Below are positions 11,905 through 21,959 of a stretch of 64,000 bases of DNA, in pieces. Positions within the stretch are counted from its first letter, which is position 1. Every line of letters begins with the position of its first letter. The position numbers and the translations under genes are program-made. Origin of the DNA: an uncultured Acidobacteriota bacterium (GTDB lineage Bacteria > Acidobacteriota > Thermoanaerobaculia > Gp7-AA8); NCBI GenBank assembly GCA_963822445.1, contig CAWGHO010000002.1, forward strand, positions 960,001-1,024,000. Reading direction: 5' to 3'. The notes under the pieces were generated by a model. It had not been told where the DNA came from. It worked only from the letters and a program-made list of their open reading frames with translations, and did no database searches.

Positions 11905-12963
11905 GTGCGATCCGTAATTACCGGCAGCGGCATCGGCGTTCCGAAAAACATCGTCAAGAACGACGCGCTCACGCGGCTCATGGACACGAGCGATGAGTGG
12001 ATCCGCACCCGCAGCGGCGTCGAGCAACGCCACTACGTCGACACCGGCCAGGGCTCATCCGACCTCGGCGTGATGGCCGCGCAGAAGGCGCTAGCGGCCG
12101 CGGGTAAGACTGCGCAGGACATCGACGCGATCGTCTTCGCCACCATGACGCCCGACTTTTACTTCCCCGGCAACGGCCCGCTGATGCAGGCCAAGATGGG
12201 CTTTCCCGAGACCATCCCCACGTTCGACATCCGCCAGCAGTGCTCAGGCTTTCTGTACGGGCTGGACATGGCCGACTCGCTGATCCGCAGCGGTAAGTAC
12301 GCGCGGATTCTCCTCGTTGGCGCCGACGTCCACACGCCGCTGATGCCCTGGCGGCGGGGCTGGGACCAGACGGTGAGCGGCGAGCCGCATGACGTGTCGC
12401 CGGAGGATTACGAATTCAACACGCGCTACCGCGACCGCATCGTGCTGTTCGGCGATGGCGCGGGCGCGGTGGTCGTGGAAGGGCGCGATGACGACGGCAA
12501 GGGGCTGATCGCGACGAAGCTCTTCACGAACGGCTCGAACATCGAAGCGCTGTACATGCGCAGCGGCTCGAGTCAGCGGCCGTGGGTGACGCCTGAGCAG
12601 ATCGTTTCCGGCGACATCATTCCGGACATGCAGGGCCGCGAAGTTTTCAAGCAGGCGGTTTCGAAGATGCCCGAGGCGGTGCGGGCGGTTTGTGAAGGCG
12701 CGGGAATGAGCGTGGAAGACATCGACGTGCTGCTGATTCATCAGGCCAACCTGCGCATCGTCGAAGCGGTGGCCAAGCAGCTTTCATTGCCGCCCGAAAA
12801 AGTGCCGCACAACATCGAGCGCTACGGAAACACCACCGCCGGCACCCTGCCCATTCTCTTTCACGAGTGCCTGGAAAACGGGACGATCAAGCCGGGGATG
12901 CTGGTTTGCTTCACGGCGCTCGGAAGCGGACTGCATTGGGGAGCGGCGCTTTACAGGACGTAG
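11905..12963 (+). CDS. fabH: 3-oxoacyl-ACP synthase III family protein
   Basis: DTSDEWI, QQCSGF, FGDGAGA, HQANLRI, YGNT. Confidence 0.9.
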   Translation: MRSVITGSGIGVPKNIVKNDALTRLMDTSDEWIRTRSGVEQRHYVDTGQGSSDLGVMAAQKALAAAGKTAQDIDAIVFATMTPDFYFPGNGPLMQAKMGFPETIPTFDIRQQCSGFLYGLDMADSLIRSGKYARILLVGADVHTPLMPWRRGWDQTVSGEPHDVSPEDYEFNTRYRDRIVLFGDGAGAVVVEGRDDDGKGLIATKLFTNGSNIEALYMRSGSSQRPWVTPEQIVSGDIIPDMQGREVFKQAVSKMPEAVRAVCEGAGMSVEDIDVLLIHQANLRIVEAVAKQLSLPPEKVPHNIERYGNTTAGTLPILFHECLENGTIKPGMLVCFTALGSGLHWGAALYRT

Positions 12964-13061
12964 AAGGCTCAAAGGCTCAACGGCTCAAGGGCTCAAAGTA
13001 GACTGCGCAATGACTTCACTTTGAGCCTTTGAGCCTTTGAGCCTTTGAGCCTATGAGCCTT
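12964..13061. repeat. Inverted tandem 8-mer hairpin (AAGGCTCA / TGAGCCTT)
   Basis: 4 x AAGGCTCA-like, about 25-nt spacer, 5 x TGAGCCTT-like; the last copy includes the downstream ATG. Confidence 0.9.
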
Positions 13062-14988
13062 CGAACGATCATCGCTGCTCTCGCCTTCACACTTCCCGCG
13101 ATCGCGGCCGACACCCTCCCGTTTCTGACGGACAAGGAAATCTCCGCCTTCGCCGGCGAGATCTCCGGCGAGTCGGCGATGCGCACGCTGGAGGGATTCT
13201 CGCGGCATCACCGCATGCGCGGGTCGCGCGGGTTTCGCGCGGCAGCGGACCAGATCGTCGCGGACCTCGAGCGCTTCGGCTTTGAGGACGCGCACATCGA
13301 GTCATTGCCGGCTGACGGAACGATCTTCTACGGAACGCAGCGCTCGCGGCCTGCGTGGAACGCCGAATTTGCAGAACTCTGGGAGCTCGACAAGGATGGC
13401 GCGCGCGTGAATCGCATCGCCAGCTGGGAGGCCGCGCCGATCACGCTCGCGCAGGACAGCGAGAGCGCGGATGTCACGGCGGAGCTAATCGACGTCGGCG
13501 CGGGCACCGCGGAGACGCATTACGCGGGCAAAGACGTGAAGGGAAAGATCGTCCTCACCTCCTCACAACCGGGCCAGGTCGCGCCCATGGCCGTGGTCAA
13601 GCTTGGCGCGGCGGGAATCGTCAGCTATGCGCAGAACCAGCGCACGGCCTGGTTCGGCGAGAACGAAAACCTCATCCGCTGGGGTCATCTCGAAACCTTC
13701 ACCGATTACAAGACCTTCGGCTTCATGGTCTCGCTGCAAGACTGCCCGCGCGCTGCAGCAGAGGCTCGCGCGCGGCGAATCCGTCCGTTTGCACGCGGTC
13801 GTTCGCGCGGGGCAGCAGAAGGGGTCGTACGACCTGGCCACGGCGACGATCCGAGGGAGCGAGCTGCCCGACGAAGAGATCGTCTTCAGTTGCCATCTCG
13901 ATCATCCACGGCCGGGCGCGAACGACAACGCCAGCGGCTGCGCGACGATCCTCGAAGTCGCTCGCACGCTTTCGAAGCTGATCAAGGAAGAACGCCTGGC
14001 GCGGCCGCGGCGAACGATCCGTTTCGTCTGGCCTCCGGAGATCGAAGGCACGCTCGCGTTGTTGAACGGCCGGCCGGAGATCGCGGCGAAGATCAAGGCC
14101 GCCATTCATCTGGACATGGTCGGCGGCGGTCCGGAAACGAAGGCGATCTTTCACGTGACGCGCGGCCCGGCGTCGCAACCGTCGTTCGTCCACGACGTCG
14201 CGGCGACGGTGGGCATGTTCGTGAACGAGCAGACCGCCGAGTACGCGATGACGGGAACCGCGCGCTGGCCGCTGGTCGCGCCGACGGGAGGGAAGGAGCC
14301 GCTACGTGCCGCGCTGGTGCCGCTGACGCTCGGCAGCGACCATCAGGTCTACGGCGACAGCTCGTTCGGCATCCCCGCCATCTATCTGAACGACTGGCCG
14401 GACCGCTACATCCACACGAACTTCGATCTCCCCGCGCACATCGATCCGACGAAGCTCGGTCGCGCGGCGTTCATCGCCGGCGTGAGCGGCTATGTCCTCT
14501 CACGCATCAACAAGTCGGATGTGCCGGCGCTCAACGACATGCTCGACGCCTTCGCGCTGGAGCGCCGCGCGGCGGCGATGCGCCGCAAGGACCCGGCCGT
14601 TCTGAAATTCGCGGAGTGGTACGAGGGCGAAGCCAAGGCGTCGCTCCATCGTTTTCTGGGCGCGACCGTGCCCGTGTCCGCGCTCAAGCCGGGCACTTAC
14701 ATACGCAACCACAAAATCAAAGGCCCGATGTCCGCCTTCGGCTACGACTACTTCACCGCGCACTACAAAGGTCCGGCGATCAAGCTCCGCGGCGACTCTC
14801 AGTTCGAAGCGCTGAACCTGGTGAACGGGCAACGGACCGCCAAGGAGATTCGCGACGCACTGTCGGCGATCTACGCGCCGGTGCCGCTCGAGGACGTCGT
14901 GCAGTACCTCGAGGCGCTCGCGTCGATCGGCGTCATTCTTCCTTCAGATAGCGCTCCATCAGCGTCGCGTTCTCGTTCATCGCCCTGA
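13053..14988 (+). pseudogene. Secreted M28-family (DUF4910-like) aminopeptidase with PA domain, +1 frameshift near 13737 (possibly a read error)
   Basis: Signal peptide, PA domain (DVKGKIVL), then in a second frame CHLDH, GANDNASG, PPEI, LDM, IHTNFD. Removing one C from CTG-C-AAG restores SLKTARAL. Confidence 0.82.
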
Positions 14989-15388
14989 TCTGAATCACGT
15001 ACGCGCGCGCGAACATCAGCACGGAGACCACGGTGAACGCGTCGTGCAGCCAGCGCGGGGTCTTGCCGCTGCCGACGCCGCCACCGGTGATGAACGTGAC
15101 CATGATCGCGGTCATGGCCCACATCGCCGCGGGAAAGACTTTGCTCTTGAAGGACTTCGTCTGCTGCACGACCCCCTCGTCGTTTCGCGACTTCTCTTTC
15201 AGCTCTTTCCCCGTGCCGATGAAGAAGAACATGGTCATCGACTGCGAGAACAGCGCGACCACGACCGTGACGATGGCCACGATGATGTGATCCGCCGCGC
15301 GCGCCGGCGAGGCCTGGAACCCGAAGATGCTCGTGGCGATCAGTCCGGCGATGCTGAGAAGAGTGGTGATGAGGAGGAATTGGGCCAT
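14933..15388 (-). CDS. Four-TM membrane protein of unknown function
   Basis: Four hydrophobic segments, host-like codons, TAGAAT 7 nt before the ATG. Confidence 0.75.
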   Translation of the reverse strand: MAQFLLITTLLSIAGLIATSIFGFQASPARAADHIIVAIVTVVVALFSQSMTMFFFIGTGKELKEKSRNDEGVVQQTKSFKSKVFPAAMWAMTAIMVTFITGGGVGSGKTPRWLHDAFTVVSVLMFARAYVIQIRAMNENATLMERYLKEE

Positions 15389-15400
15389 TGGACGCATTCT

Positions 15401-15483
15401 AGTGGGCAGCGGGCAGTGGACAGCGGGCAGGAGAAAAACCGGGCGGGCGTGCCTGCCCACTGCCTACTGCCCACTGCCCACTG
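15401..15483. repeat. Inverted tandem 7-mer hairpin (AGTGGGC / GCCCACT)
   Basis: 4 units, spacer, 4 inverted units in a divergent intergenic region. Confidence 0.88.
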
Positions 15484-15487
15484 ACCC

Positions 15488-15496
15488 TGTTATGCT
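15488..15496 (+). promoter_or_regulatory. Extended -10 (TGtTATGCT) 8 nt before the purM GTG, leaderless-type promoter
   Basis: TGn-TANNNT; no Shine-Dalgarno sequence. Confidence 0.5.
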
Positions 15497-15504
15497 CCGC
15501 CGCC

Positions 15505-16581
15505 GTGCCGGACAACCCTGCCGAAAAGACCACGTACCGCGACTCCGGCGTCAACATCGACGCGCAGGATGACGCCCTGCGCGAAGTGCGGCGGATCGCG
15601 CGCGATACCTACACGCCGGGCGTGCTCTCGGACATCGGCAGTTTCGGCGGTCTCTTTCGCGGCACCTTCGAGGGAATCGAGTCGCCGATCCTCGTTTCCT
15701 CCACCGACGGCGTGGGCACGAAGCTGCGCGTGGCGCAGGCGATGAAGATTCACGACACGGTCGGCTACGACCTGGTCTCGCACTGCGTGAACGACATCCT
15801 CGTGCAGGGCGCGCGTCCGCTGTTCTTCATGGACTACTACGCGACCGGCAAACTGCGCCCGCCGGTGATGACCGATGTGATCCGAGGCATGGCCCGCGCC
15901 TGCAAGGAGAACGGCTGCGCGCTGATCGGCGGCGAGACCGCGGAGATGCCCGGCTTCTACTCCGACGAGGACTACGACGTGGCCGGCTTCATCCTCGGCG
16001 TGGTCGACGCGAAGAACCTCATCGACGGCAAAGCCGTCCGCGAGGGGGACATCCTCGTCGGCCTCCCTTCCGTCGGCCTGCACACGAACGGCTACTCCCT
16101 GGCCCGCAAAGTCCTGTTCGAAAAGCTCGGCTACGACCATCAATCGATCATCCCCGAGCTGGGCAAGGCCGGCGAGGTCCTGCTGCAGCCGCACATCTCG
16201 TATCTGAAACCGCTGCTACCGCTCGTCGAGGAGCACGCCATTCACGCGATGGCGCACATCACCGGAGGCGGCCTCACCGACAACGTTCCGCGCGTGCTGC
16301 CGGAGACGCTGGACGCGCGCATCAAGCTCGGCTCCTGGCCCGTGCTGCCGGTGTTCCGCTTCATCTTCGAGAAGGGCAACGTCGAGTCCGAGGAAATGCT
16401 CCGCGTCTTCAACATGGGCATCGGCATGGTCCTGATCCTCGGCCCGAACGAAGTCGATCGCGTGTCCAAGCACTTGGGGCAGATCGGCCAGAAGTTCTAC
16501 TTCATCGGCAACGTGGTGAAGGGCTCCGGCAAAGTCGTTTACGACACGCCTCCGGCCGGCTTCGCCAGCTGGATCGAGTAG
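15505..16581 (+). CDS. purM: Phosphoribosylformylglycinamidine cyclo-ligase
   Basis: STDGVGTK, GGETAEMPG, GLHTNGYSL, HITGGG, FNMGIG. Confidence 0.97.
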   Translation: MPDNPAEKTTYRDSGVNIDAQDDALREVRRIARDTYTPGVLSDIGSFGGLFRGTFEGIESPILVSSTDGVGTKLRVAQAMKIHDTVGYDLVSHCVNDILVQGARPLFFMDYYATGKLRPPVMTDVIRGMARACKENGCALIGGETAEMPGFYSDEDYDVAGFILGVVDAKNLIDGKAVREGDILVGLPSVGLHTNGYSLARKVLFEKLGYDHQSIIPELGKAGEVLLQPHISYLKPLLPLVEEHAIHAMAHITGGGLTDNVPRVLPETLDARIKLGSWPVLPVFRFIFEKGNVESEEMLRVFNMGIGMVLILGPNEVDRVSKHLGQIGQKFYFIGNVVKGSGKVVYDTPPAGFASWIE

Positions 16582-17147
16582 TGCGCCTGGCGCTCCTCCT
16601 CTCCGGCCGCGGATCGAACTTCCAGGCGATTCACGAAGCCATTCAGCGCGGAGAGCTCGACGCGGAGATCGTCTGCGTGATCTCCAACCGTCCCGACGCG
16701 CCGGGAATCGCGCGAGCGCGCGAGTACGGTTACGACGCGCACGTCATCGATCACAAAAAGTTCGCGACGCGCGCCGCGCATGAAGAGGAAGTGCTGCGTG
16801 TGCTCGAGAAGGCCGCGCCCGACTACATCGTGCTCGCCGGCTACATGCGCCTCTTGTCAGCCGCGTTCGTCGAACGATGGCGCGATCGCATCCTGAACAT
16901 TCACCCCTCGCTCCTGCCGGCGTTCCCCGGCGTCGACGCGCAGGCTCAGGCGATCGCGCACGGCGCGAAGGTGTCGGGATGTACGGTCCACTTCGTCGAC
17001 GAGAACCTCGACGCGGGGCCGATCATCCTGCAGCGAACGGTGCCGGTGCTGGAGGGAGACACACCCGAGACGCTGAGCGCGCGGATCCTCGAACAGGAGC
17101 ACATCGCGTACGTCGAGGCGTTGAAGAAGCTAAAACGGCCAGAGTGA
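16581..17147 (+). CDS. purN: Phosphoribosylglycinamide formyltransferase
   Basis: SGRGSN, LAGYMR, NIHPSLLP, SGCTVHFV. Confidence 0.97.
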   Translation: MRLALLLSGRGSNFQAIHEAIQRGELDAEIVCVISNRPDAPGIARAREYGYDAHVIDHKKFATRAAHEEEVLRVLEKAAPDYIVLAGYMRLLSAAFVERWRDRILNIHPSLLPAFPGVDAQAQAIAHGAKVSGCTVHFVDENLDAGPIILQRTVPVLEGDTPETLSARILEQEHIAYVEALKKLKRPE

Positions 17148-18311
17148 CTTCAGGAACGACTGCTTCGGCACGTCCGCCGCGGCAACGGCCGGAATCGTGG
17201 CAATGGTCTCGTTGCCGCTCTTCACCACGATGTCGCCGAGCTTCTGCCCCTTCTTCACGGGCGCAGTGACAGTGCCGCCGGTGAAGTTGATCTGGACGTT
17301 GCGCTCCTGGCCACGCTTCACGAGCGCCTTGGCGTCCGCGCCTGCAACGACCTTCACCGTCTCGACCGCGCCGTCGGTCACCGTCGCCTGCCCGACTTCC
17401 GTTCCCGCTTTCGCCGGAACGACCATGCGGTAGTTGATGAAGGCTTCGTTCATCAGCCGTGCGGCATTGGCGAACGATCCGTTCGGACCGCCGCCGGTCT
17501 TAGCACCCATGACCACGGCGATCACTTCCATGTCATTGCGTTTCGCGGATGCGGTGACGCAGTAACCAGCCTTCGCGGTGTACCCGGTCTTGATGCCGGT
17601 CGCGTCATCCATGAAGTTCGCCTTGCGCGGATTGACGAGGTGATTGGGGTTGTAGATGCGCTCGAGCGTCCCGTTGCGGAAGGGCATTTCCGAGACCACA
17701 CCGAGCTGCTGCATGAAGGGGTACTTCATGAGCTCCATGCCCAGGATGGCCAGGTCGTGCGGGCACATGGAGTCGACCATCTCCGGATTGTCGGGATTCG
17801 GCAGGCCGTGCGGATCGTAGAACTTCGAATGGGTGAGACCGAGCTCCTGCGCGCGCTGGTTCATCAGGTCGGCGAAGTTCTCCGAGGAGCCGGCGATCTT
17901 CTCGGCGAGCGCCTGCGCGGCGTCGTTCGCCGACTGCACTTTCGTGGCGATGATCAGATTCTTCACCGGCCACACGGAACCGGCCCGCAGGTAGATCTGC
18001 GATCCGCCCATCTTGCTGGCGCGAGCGGAGATCGTGACCGGCGTGTCGGATTTGAGCCGGCCGTCGCGGATTTCTTCCATGGTGATGAGCAGCGTCATCA
18101 TCTTGGCCATCGACGCGGTGGGAAGCGACATGTGCTCGTTCGCGGCGAACAGCACCCGCCGCGTGGTCGGCTCGATCACGTACGCGGCGGTGTAGCCCTT
18201 ACCGGTCGTGTCGACGGCGGCGCCCTGCGCCTGGCCGGGCCCCTCCTCCTGCTGCGCGGCAACGGGCAACGCGACGGCGAGGATGAGCAAAGCGATTTTC
18301 CAAAGCTTCAT
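17130..18311 (-). CDS. D-alanyl-D-alanine carboxypeptidase (S11, PBP5/6-like)
   Basis: SMAK, SAN, KTG motifs; signal peptide; PBP5 C-terminal domain. Confidence 0.93.
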   Translation of the reverse strand: MKLWKIALLILAVALPVAAQQEEGPGQAQGAAVDTTGKGYTAAYVIEPTTRRVLFAANEHMSLPTASMAKMMTLLITMEEIRDGRLKSDTPVTISARASKMGGSQIYLRAGSVWPVKNLIIATKVQSANDAAQALAEKIAGSSENFADLMNQRAQELGLTHSKFYDPHGLPNPDNPEMVDSMCPHDLAILGMELMKYPFMQQLGVVSEMPFRNGTLERIYNPNHLVNPRKANFMDDATGIKTGYTAKAGYCVTASAKRNDMEVIAVVMGAKTGGGPNGSFANAARLMNEAFINYRMVVPAKAGTEVGQATVTDGAVETVKVVAGADAKALVKRGQERNVQINFTGGTVTAPVKKGQKLGDIVVKSGNETIATIPAVAAADVPKQSFLKSLWPF

Positions 18312-18365
18312 CGAGAACACTCCAATTCGTGTTTGTGTGCTGACCGCCAGGCTGCAAGCAGCGTG

Positions 18366-18659
18366 CTACTCGGCCGCGGCGCGGCGCTTCTTCGGCGTGC
18401 GCGTGGTTCGCGGGATGGAACTGATGACCGTCCAGTCGTGCTTGTGGACCGTCACCGGCTCCTTGGCCTTGGGCCAGAGGTCGATGGGGATGTAGTAGTA
18501 ACCGTCGCCGAGGACGCGCGATTTGATGGCGAGGTCGCGCATGCTCTTGCAGAGACCCTTCTTGCCGCGAATCGCGCTTCGCTCCACCACCACCCCGGTC
18601 GACTCGCCAATTCCTTGAAAGACACTGATCTCTGCGCAGAGAGAATTCACCAACGTCAT
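18366..18659 (-). CDS. Small basic hypothetical protein
   Basis: Host-like codons, GGAAGG upstream, basic tail RTPKKRR. Confidence 0.55.
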   Translation of the reverse strand: MTLVNSLCAEISVFQGIGESTGVVVERSAIRGKKGLCKSMRDLAIKSRVLGDGYYYIPIDLWPKAKEPVTVHKHDWTVISSIPRTTRTPKKRRAAAE

Positions 18660-18829
18660 TGCAGCCCTTCCATCGTGCGAACAGAGAAATGCACTCACGG
18701 CTGGGTTAGCAAGAAGCGGTCCTGTTCGCTAAGTCGAAGCGAACGGAGGAGTTAGGTCTTGCGAAGGTGGTTGATGAAGCGACGCTCGAGCCCGAGCCTT
18801 TGGCAACAAGCGCTGCCGGCCGTGCCGGC

Positions 18830-19414
18830 TCAGCTCCTCAGCTCGACGTTCCAATAGGCCTCGTCGAGGAAGTTCTTCCAGATCTCGGGATAGGCCCGTC
18901 CCTGCAGCCGGTGCAGCGGATGCCACTTCGGCCGGTGCGGCTGGCGGATCAGGCGGGTCTCGCATTCCGAGAGCAGCTTGTTCCCCTTGCGCACGTTGCA
19001 GGGCAGGCAGGCGCAGACGACGTTCTCCCAAGTCGACTTGCCGCCGCGCGAGATCGGAATGACGTGATCGAGCGAGAGCTCCGAGGAGGGGAACTTCTTC
19101 CCGCAGTACTGGCAGCGGTTGTGGTCGCGCAGATAGATGTTGCCGCGCGAGAACTTAACTTCCTGACGCGGGAGCTTGTCGAAAACGAGGAGCTGCACGA
19201 CATGCGGAATGAGGATGTTCCGGCTGGGAGTGACGACGTAGTGATCGGTGGGCTGAACCGGAATGTCCTTCCAGTTGTCGAAATCGTAGGTTCGATAGCC
19301 CTCGTCGACCGCGCGAACCTGTCCCTTGTACAGGAGCGTCAGCGCGCGGCGCACCGACGTGATCTGCACAGCCTGGAACACGCGGTTCAACACCAGGACA
19401 TGGCCGTCGAGCAT
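18830..19414 (-). CDS. HNH endonuclease (McrA-like)
   Basis: VLVLN, RDHNRCQYCG, SLDHVIPISRGG..WENVVCACLPCNVRKG. Confidence 0.93.
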   Translation of the reverse strand: MLDGHVLVLNRVFQAVQITSVRRALTLLYKGQVRAVDEGYRTYDFDNWKDIPVQPTDHYVVTPSRNILIPHVVQLLVFDKLPRQEVKFSRGNIYLRDHNRCQYCGKKFPSSELSLDHVIPISRGGKSTWENVVCACLPCNVRKGNKLLSECETRLIRQPHRPKWHPLHRLQGRAYPEIWKNFLDEAYWNVELRS

Positions 19415-19695
19415 GGCAAACTCACCGTTTTGAACAGGCAGAGCGGCCTTGGTGTTTCCGTCCGCAACCGGTCTGCTTGTGGTGAGGCTCATGATACACG
19501 ACCGAATAACCTCGCCCGGCCGCGCGGCAATATTGCCAAAACCCCCTGTTCTGCTACACACTTAGCCGCTGAACCGAACCAAACGGCTCTTTTTAGAGCG
19601 GGGCCGCGCCGCCGGGGGCGCGCGGTGACCGCGTATCGTGAGACGCTTCGCGCGGGGGACGCCGGCGCGTCACGGGTGTGTTTTTGGGAGGCTAT

Positions 19696-21198
19696 ATGCG
19701 CGTTTTGTCACGGATCGCTCTGGTTGCGGTACTCCTCATTTCCGCTTCATCGCTGACTGCCGACCATTTCCAGTCGGACTGTCCGCTGTCGCTCGTCGAC
19801 AGCACTCCGGCGGCGACGGACTTCGAGCTCTCGCCGCACGGAGTCTTCCGGAACGGCTCGACGGTATACGTGCTGCGAGGCAACGTCCTTGCCTCGTACA
19901 CGACCAACGACGTCGGCAACCTCGGCGTACCGCGTGAGGACTTCATCGCCTCGCTCGGCGCGCGCGAGACCAACGGCGGCGTCGCGTTCTCGGGGAACCA
20001 CCTCTTCATCAGCAGCGAGGCCGGTCTCGAGATCTACAACCTGACCAACACCCGGCCGGGTGGAACGGCGCCGGTGCTGGTGACCCGCGTCGCCGGCCTG
20101 CACTATCGTCGTCTCGCCGTGAACGGAAACCGTCTCGTCGGTCTCTATCCGGCGATGGACGTACCCTGCGCGCCGGACGCGATCGCCTGCCCGAACCAGT
20201 TCGACATTTTCGACATCACCAACGTCGCGTCGCCGATCTACTCATCCTCGATCCGCACTTCCACGAACATCTATCGCAACCAGATCGCGTTCAACGACAT
20301 CGCCTTCAACTCCGGCTACCTCATCACCGCTGCCGAAGGCGGACTGGGCGCGTGGGACGTCACGAACGCCGCGGCACCGAACCTGGTCTCGTTCAACCTC
20401 AACTTCCCCGGTACGTGGCTGGTCAGCAGCGCGGGCAATGTGGTCGGCATCGGCAACGAGCTGGTCATCGACATGTTCAACGTACGCCCGGGCATGAACC
20501 CGTTCTTCCAGCGTCGCGCTCTCGTCTCCGCGCCGATGTACCTGACCATCGATCGCGGCAACGCGATCCGCTTCCATCCGCGCGCCTTCTACGACGACGC
20601 GACCTCGCGTCTCGTGACGATGATCGAAGAGATCGATCCGATGACGCTCGAGCCCGCGCGCACGATCGCGTTCGACGTGTTCGATCTCGCCGTTCCCTTC
20701 TTCGAGGGCTCGGCGGAGCGGATCTACGAAGACGTGACCATGACCACCGACGACGAGGTGAAGTACAACCCGGTCGTCGTGGGACCGTACGTCTACGTCA
20801 TCGGCGAGAGCACGGGCCTGCAGACCTGGGGCGCATGCGGTCAGGTCAGCGGCCGGATCGAGCTGGAAAGCCCGTTCTTCCTGACCTGCAACGGCGCCGA
20901 GGTCCACGGCTGGGTGACCGGCGTGCAGAAGGTCATCAACGTCGAGCTGTTCCTCAACAACACCGCTCTCGGCTCCGCGCAGCTCGGCGGTCCGCCGCGC
21001 AACGACGTTTCCTCGAAGACGCCCGTCTCAACGTGGCGCATCAACGTGAACCTCGACAACACCGCGCGCGGCGAGTACACGCTCCGGGCAATCGCGACGG
21101 ACATCGTCGGGAACCGGCGCCAGTTCGCGAGCAAGCCGCTGTTCTTCCCGGGACCGGGACAGAACTGCACGACGCCGCGACGGCGCGCCGTGCGCTAA
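19696..21198 (+). CDS. Secreted beta-propeller-like protein with C-terminal Ig-like domain and RRRAVR tail
   Basis: GGGAGG RBS, signal peptide, LVIVD-like units (GLEIYNLTN, FDITNVASP, WDVTNAAAP), Big-like domain, ends PRRRAVR. Confidence 0.85.
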   Translation: MRVLSRIALVAVLLISASSLTADHFQSDCPLSLVDSTPAATDFELSPHGVFRNGSTVYVLRGNVLASYTTNDVGNLGVPREDFIASLGARETNGGVAFSGNHLFISSEAGLEIYNLTNTRPGGTAPVLVTRVAGLHYRRLAVNGNRLVGLYPAMDVPCAPDAIACPNQFDIFDITNVASPIYSSSIRTSTNIYRNQIAFNDIAFNSGYLITAAEGGLGAWDVTNAAAPNLVSFNLNFPGTWLVSSAGNVVGIGNELVIDMFNVRPGMNPFFQRRALVSAPMYLTIDRGNAIRFHPRAFYDDATSRLVTMIEEIDPMTLEPARTIAFDVFDLAVPFFEGSAERIYEDVTMTTDDEVKYNPVVVGPYVYVIGESTGLQTWGACGQVSGRIELESPFFLTCNGAEVHGWVTGVQKVINVELFLNNTALGSAQLGGPPRNDVSSKTPVSTWRINVNLDNTARGEYTLRAIATDIVGNRRQFASKPLFFPGPGQNCTTPRRRAVR

Positions 21199-21872
21199 CT
21201 CATTTCGTCAAGAATTCTCTGTGCGGCCGACCTAGCGTCGGCCGCACCTGTTATGGGGCGGCCCACGACAAGGTAGTCGGCACCCGCGCTGATCGCCTCG
21301 CGCGGCGTCATCGTGCGGCGCTGGTCGCCGGCATCGCTTCCGGCCGGACGAATGCCGGGAGTGAGGATGACGAAGTCGCTCCCGCACGCTTCGCGAATCG
21401 GCGCGATCTCCAGCGGCGACGCGACCACACCGCGAAGACCGGCGCCCCGCGATAACCGCGCAAGCCGCACCGCGTTCTCGACGGCATTGCCGCCGAAGCC
21501 GATCTGCAGAAGGTCTGCTTCTTCGAGGCTGGTGAGAATGGTTACGCCGAGGACGAGCACGGTGTCGTGGGCGCAGGCGCGAAGCATCGGTTCGCCGCCG
21601 GCGGCATGCACAGTCGCGATCGTTGCGCCGAGGCCGGCCGCTTCGGCGATTGCGCGTCCGGCGGTGTTGGGGATGTCATGAATCTTCAGGTCGAGAAAGA
21701 CCTTCTCCCCACGCCCGACGATCTCGCGCACGATCGACGGGCCGTTCGCGATGAAGGCCTGCAAGCCGATCTTGAAAACGCCCACCACGCCGTGAAGCGT
21801 GTCGACGAGGCGGAGAAGGTCGTCGCGCGAAGAGAGATCGGCGGCGACGACGAGACGGTCGCGGGCTTGCAT
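21195..21872 (-). CDS. pyrF: Orotidine-5'-phosphate decarboxylase
   Basis: DLKIHDIPNT, TVHAAGG, TPGIRP, DQRR, VGRPI. Confidence 0.97.
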   Translation of the reverse strand: MQARDRLVVAADLSSRDDLLRLVDTLHGVVGVFKIGLQAFIANGPSIVREIVGRGEKVFLDLKIHDIPNTAGRAIAEAAGLGATIATVHAAGGEPMLRACAHDTVLVLGVTILTSLEEADLLQIGFGGNAVENAVRLARLSRGAGLRGVVASPLEIAPIREACGSDFVILTPGIRPAGSDAGDQRRTMTPREAISAGADYLVVGRPITGAADARSAAQRILDEMS

Positions 21873-21876
21873 CACG

Positions 21877-21957
21877 AGTAGGCAGTATGCAGTAGGCAGT
21901 AGGCAGGAGAGAATGCCGCGTCGTCACTGCCTACTGCCCACTGCCCACTGCCTACTG
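21877..21957. repeat. Inverted tandem 7-mer hairpin (AGTAGGC / GCCTACT)
   Basis: 4 units, about 20-nt spacer, 4 inverted units; fills the pyrF/polX divergent gap. Confidence 0.9.
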
Positions 21958-21959
21958 AT

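Noticed and set aside
12964-13061. Short repeat arrays as CRISPR
   Set aside because: Units are 7-8 bp and contiguous with no unique spacers between them; no cas genes in the window.
18830-19414. HNH gene as a mobile or defence element
   Set aside because: Stand-alone McrA-like HNH with host-like codons and no methylase, intron, repeat or transposase context.
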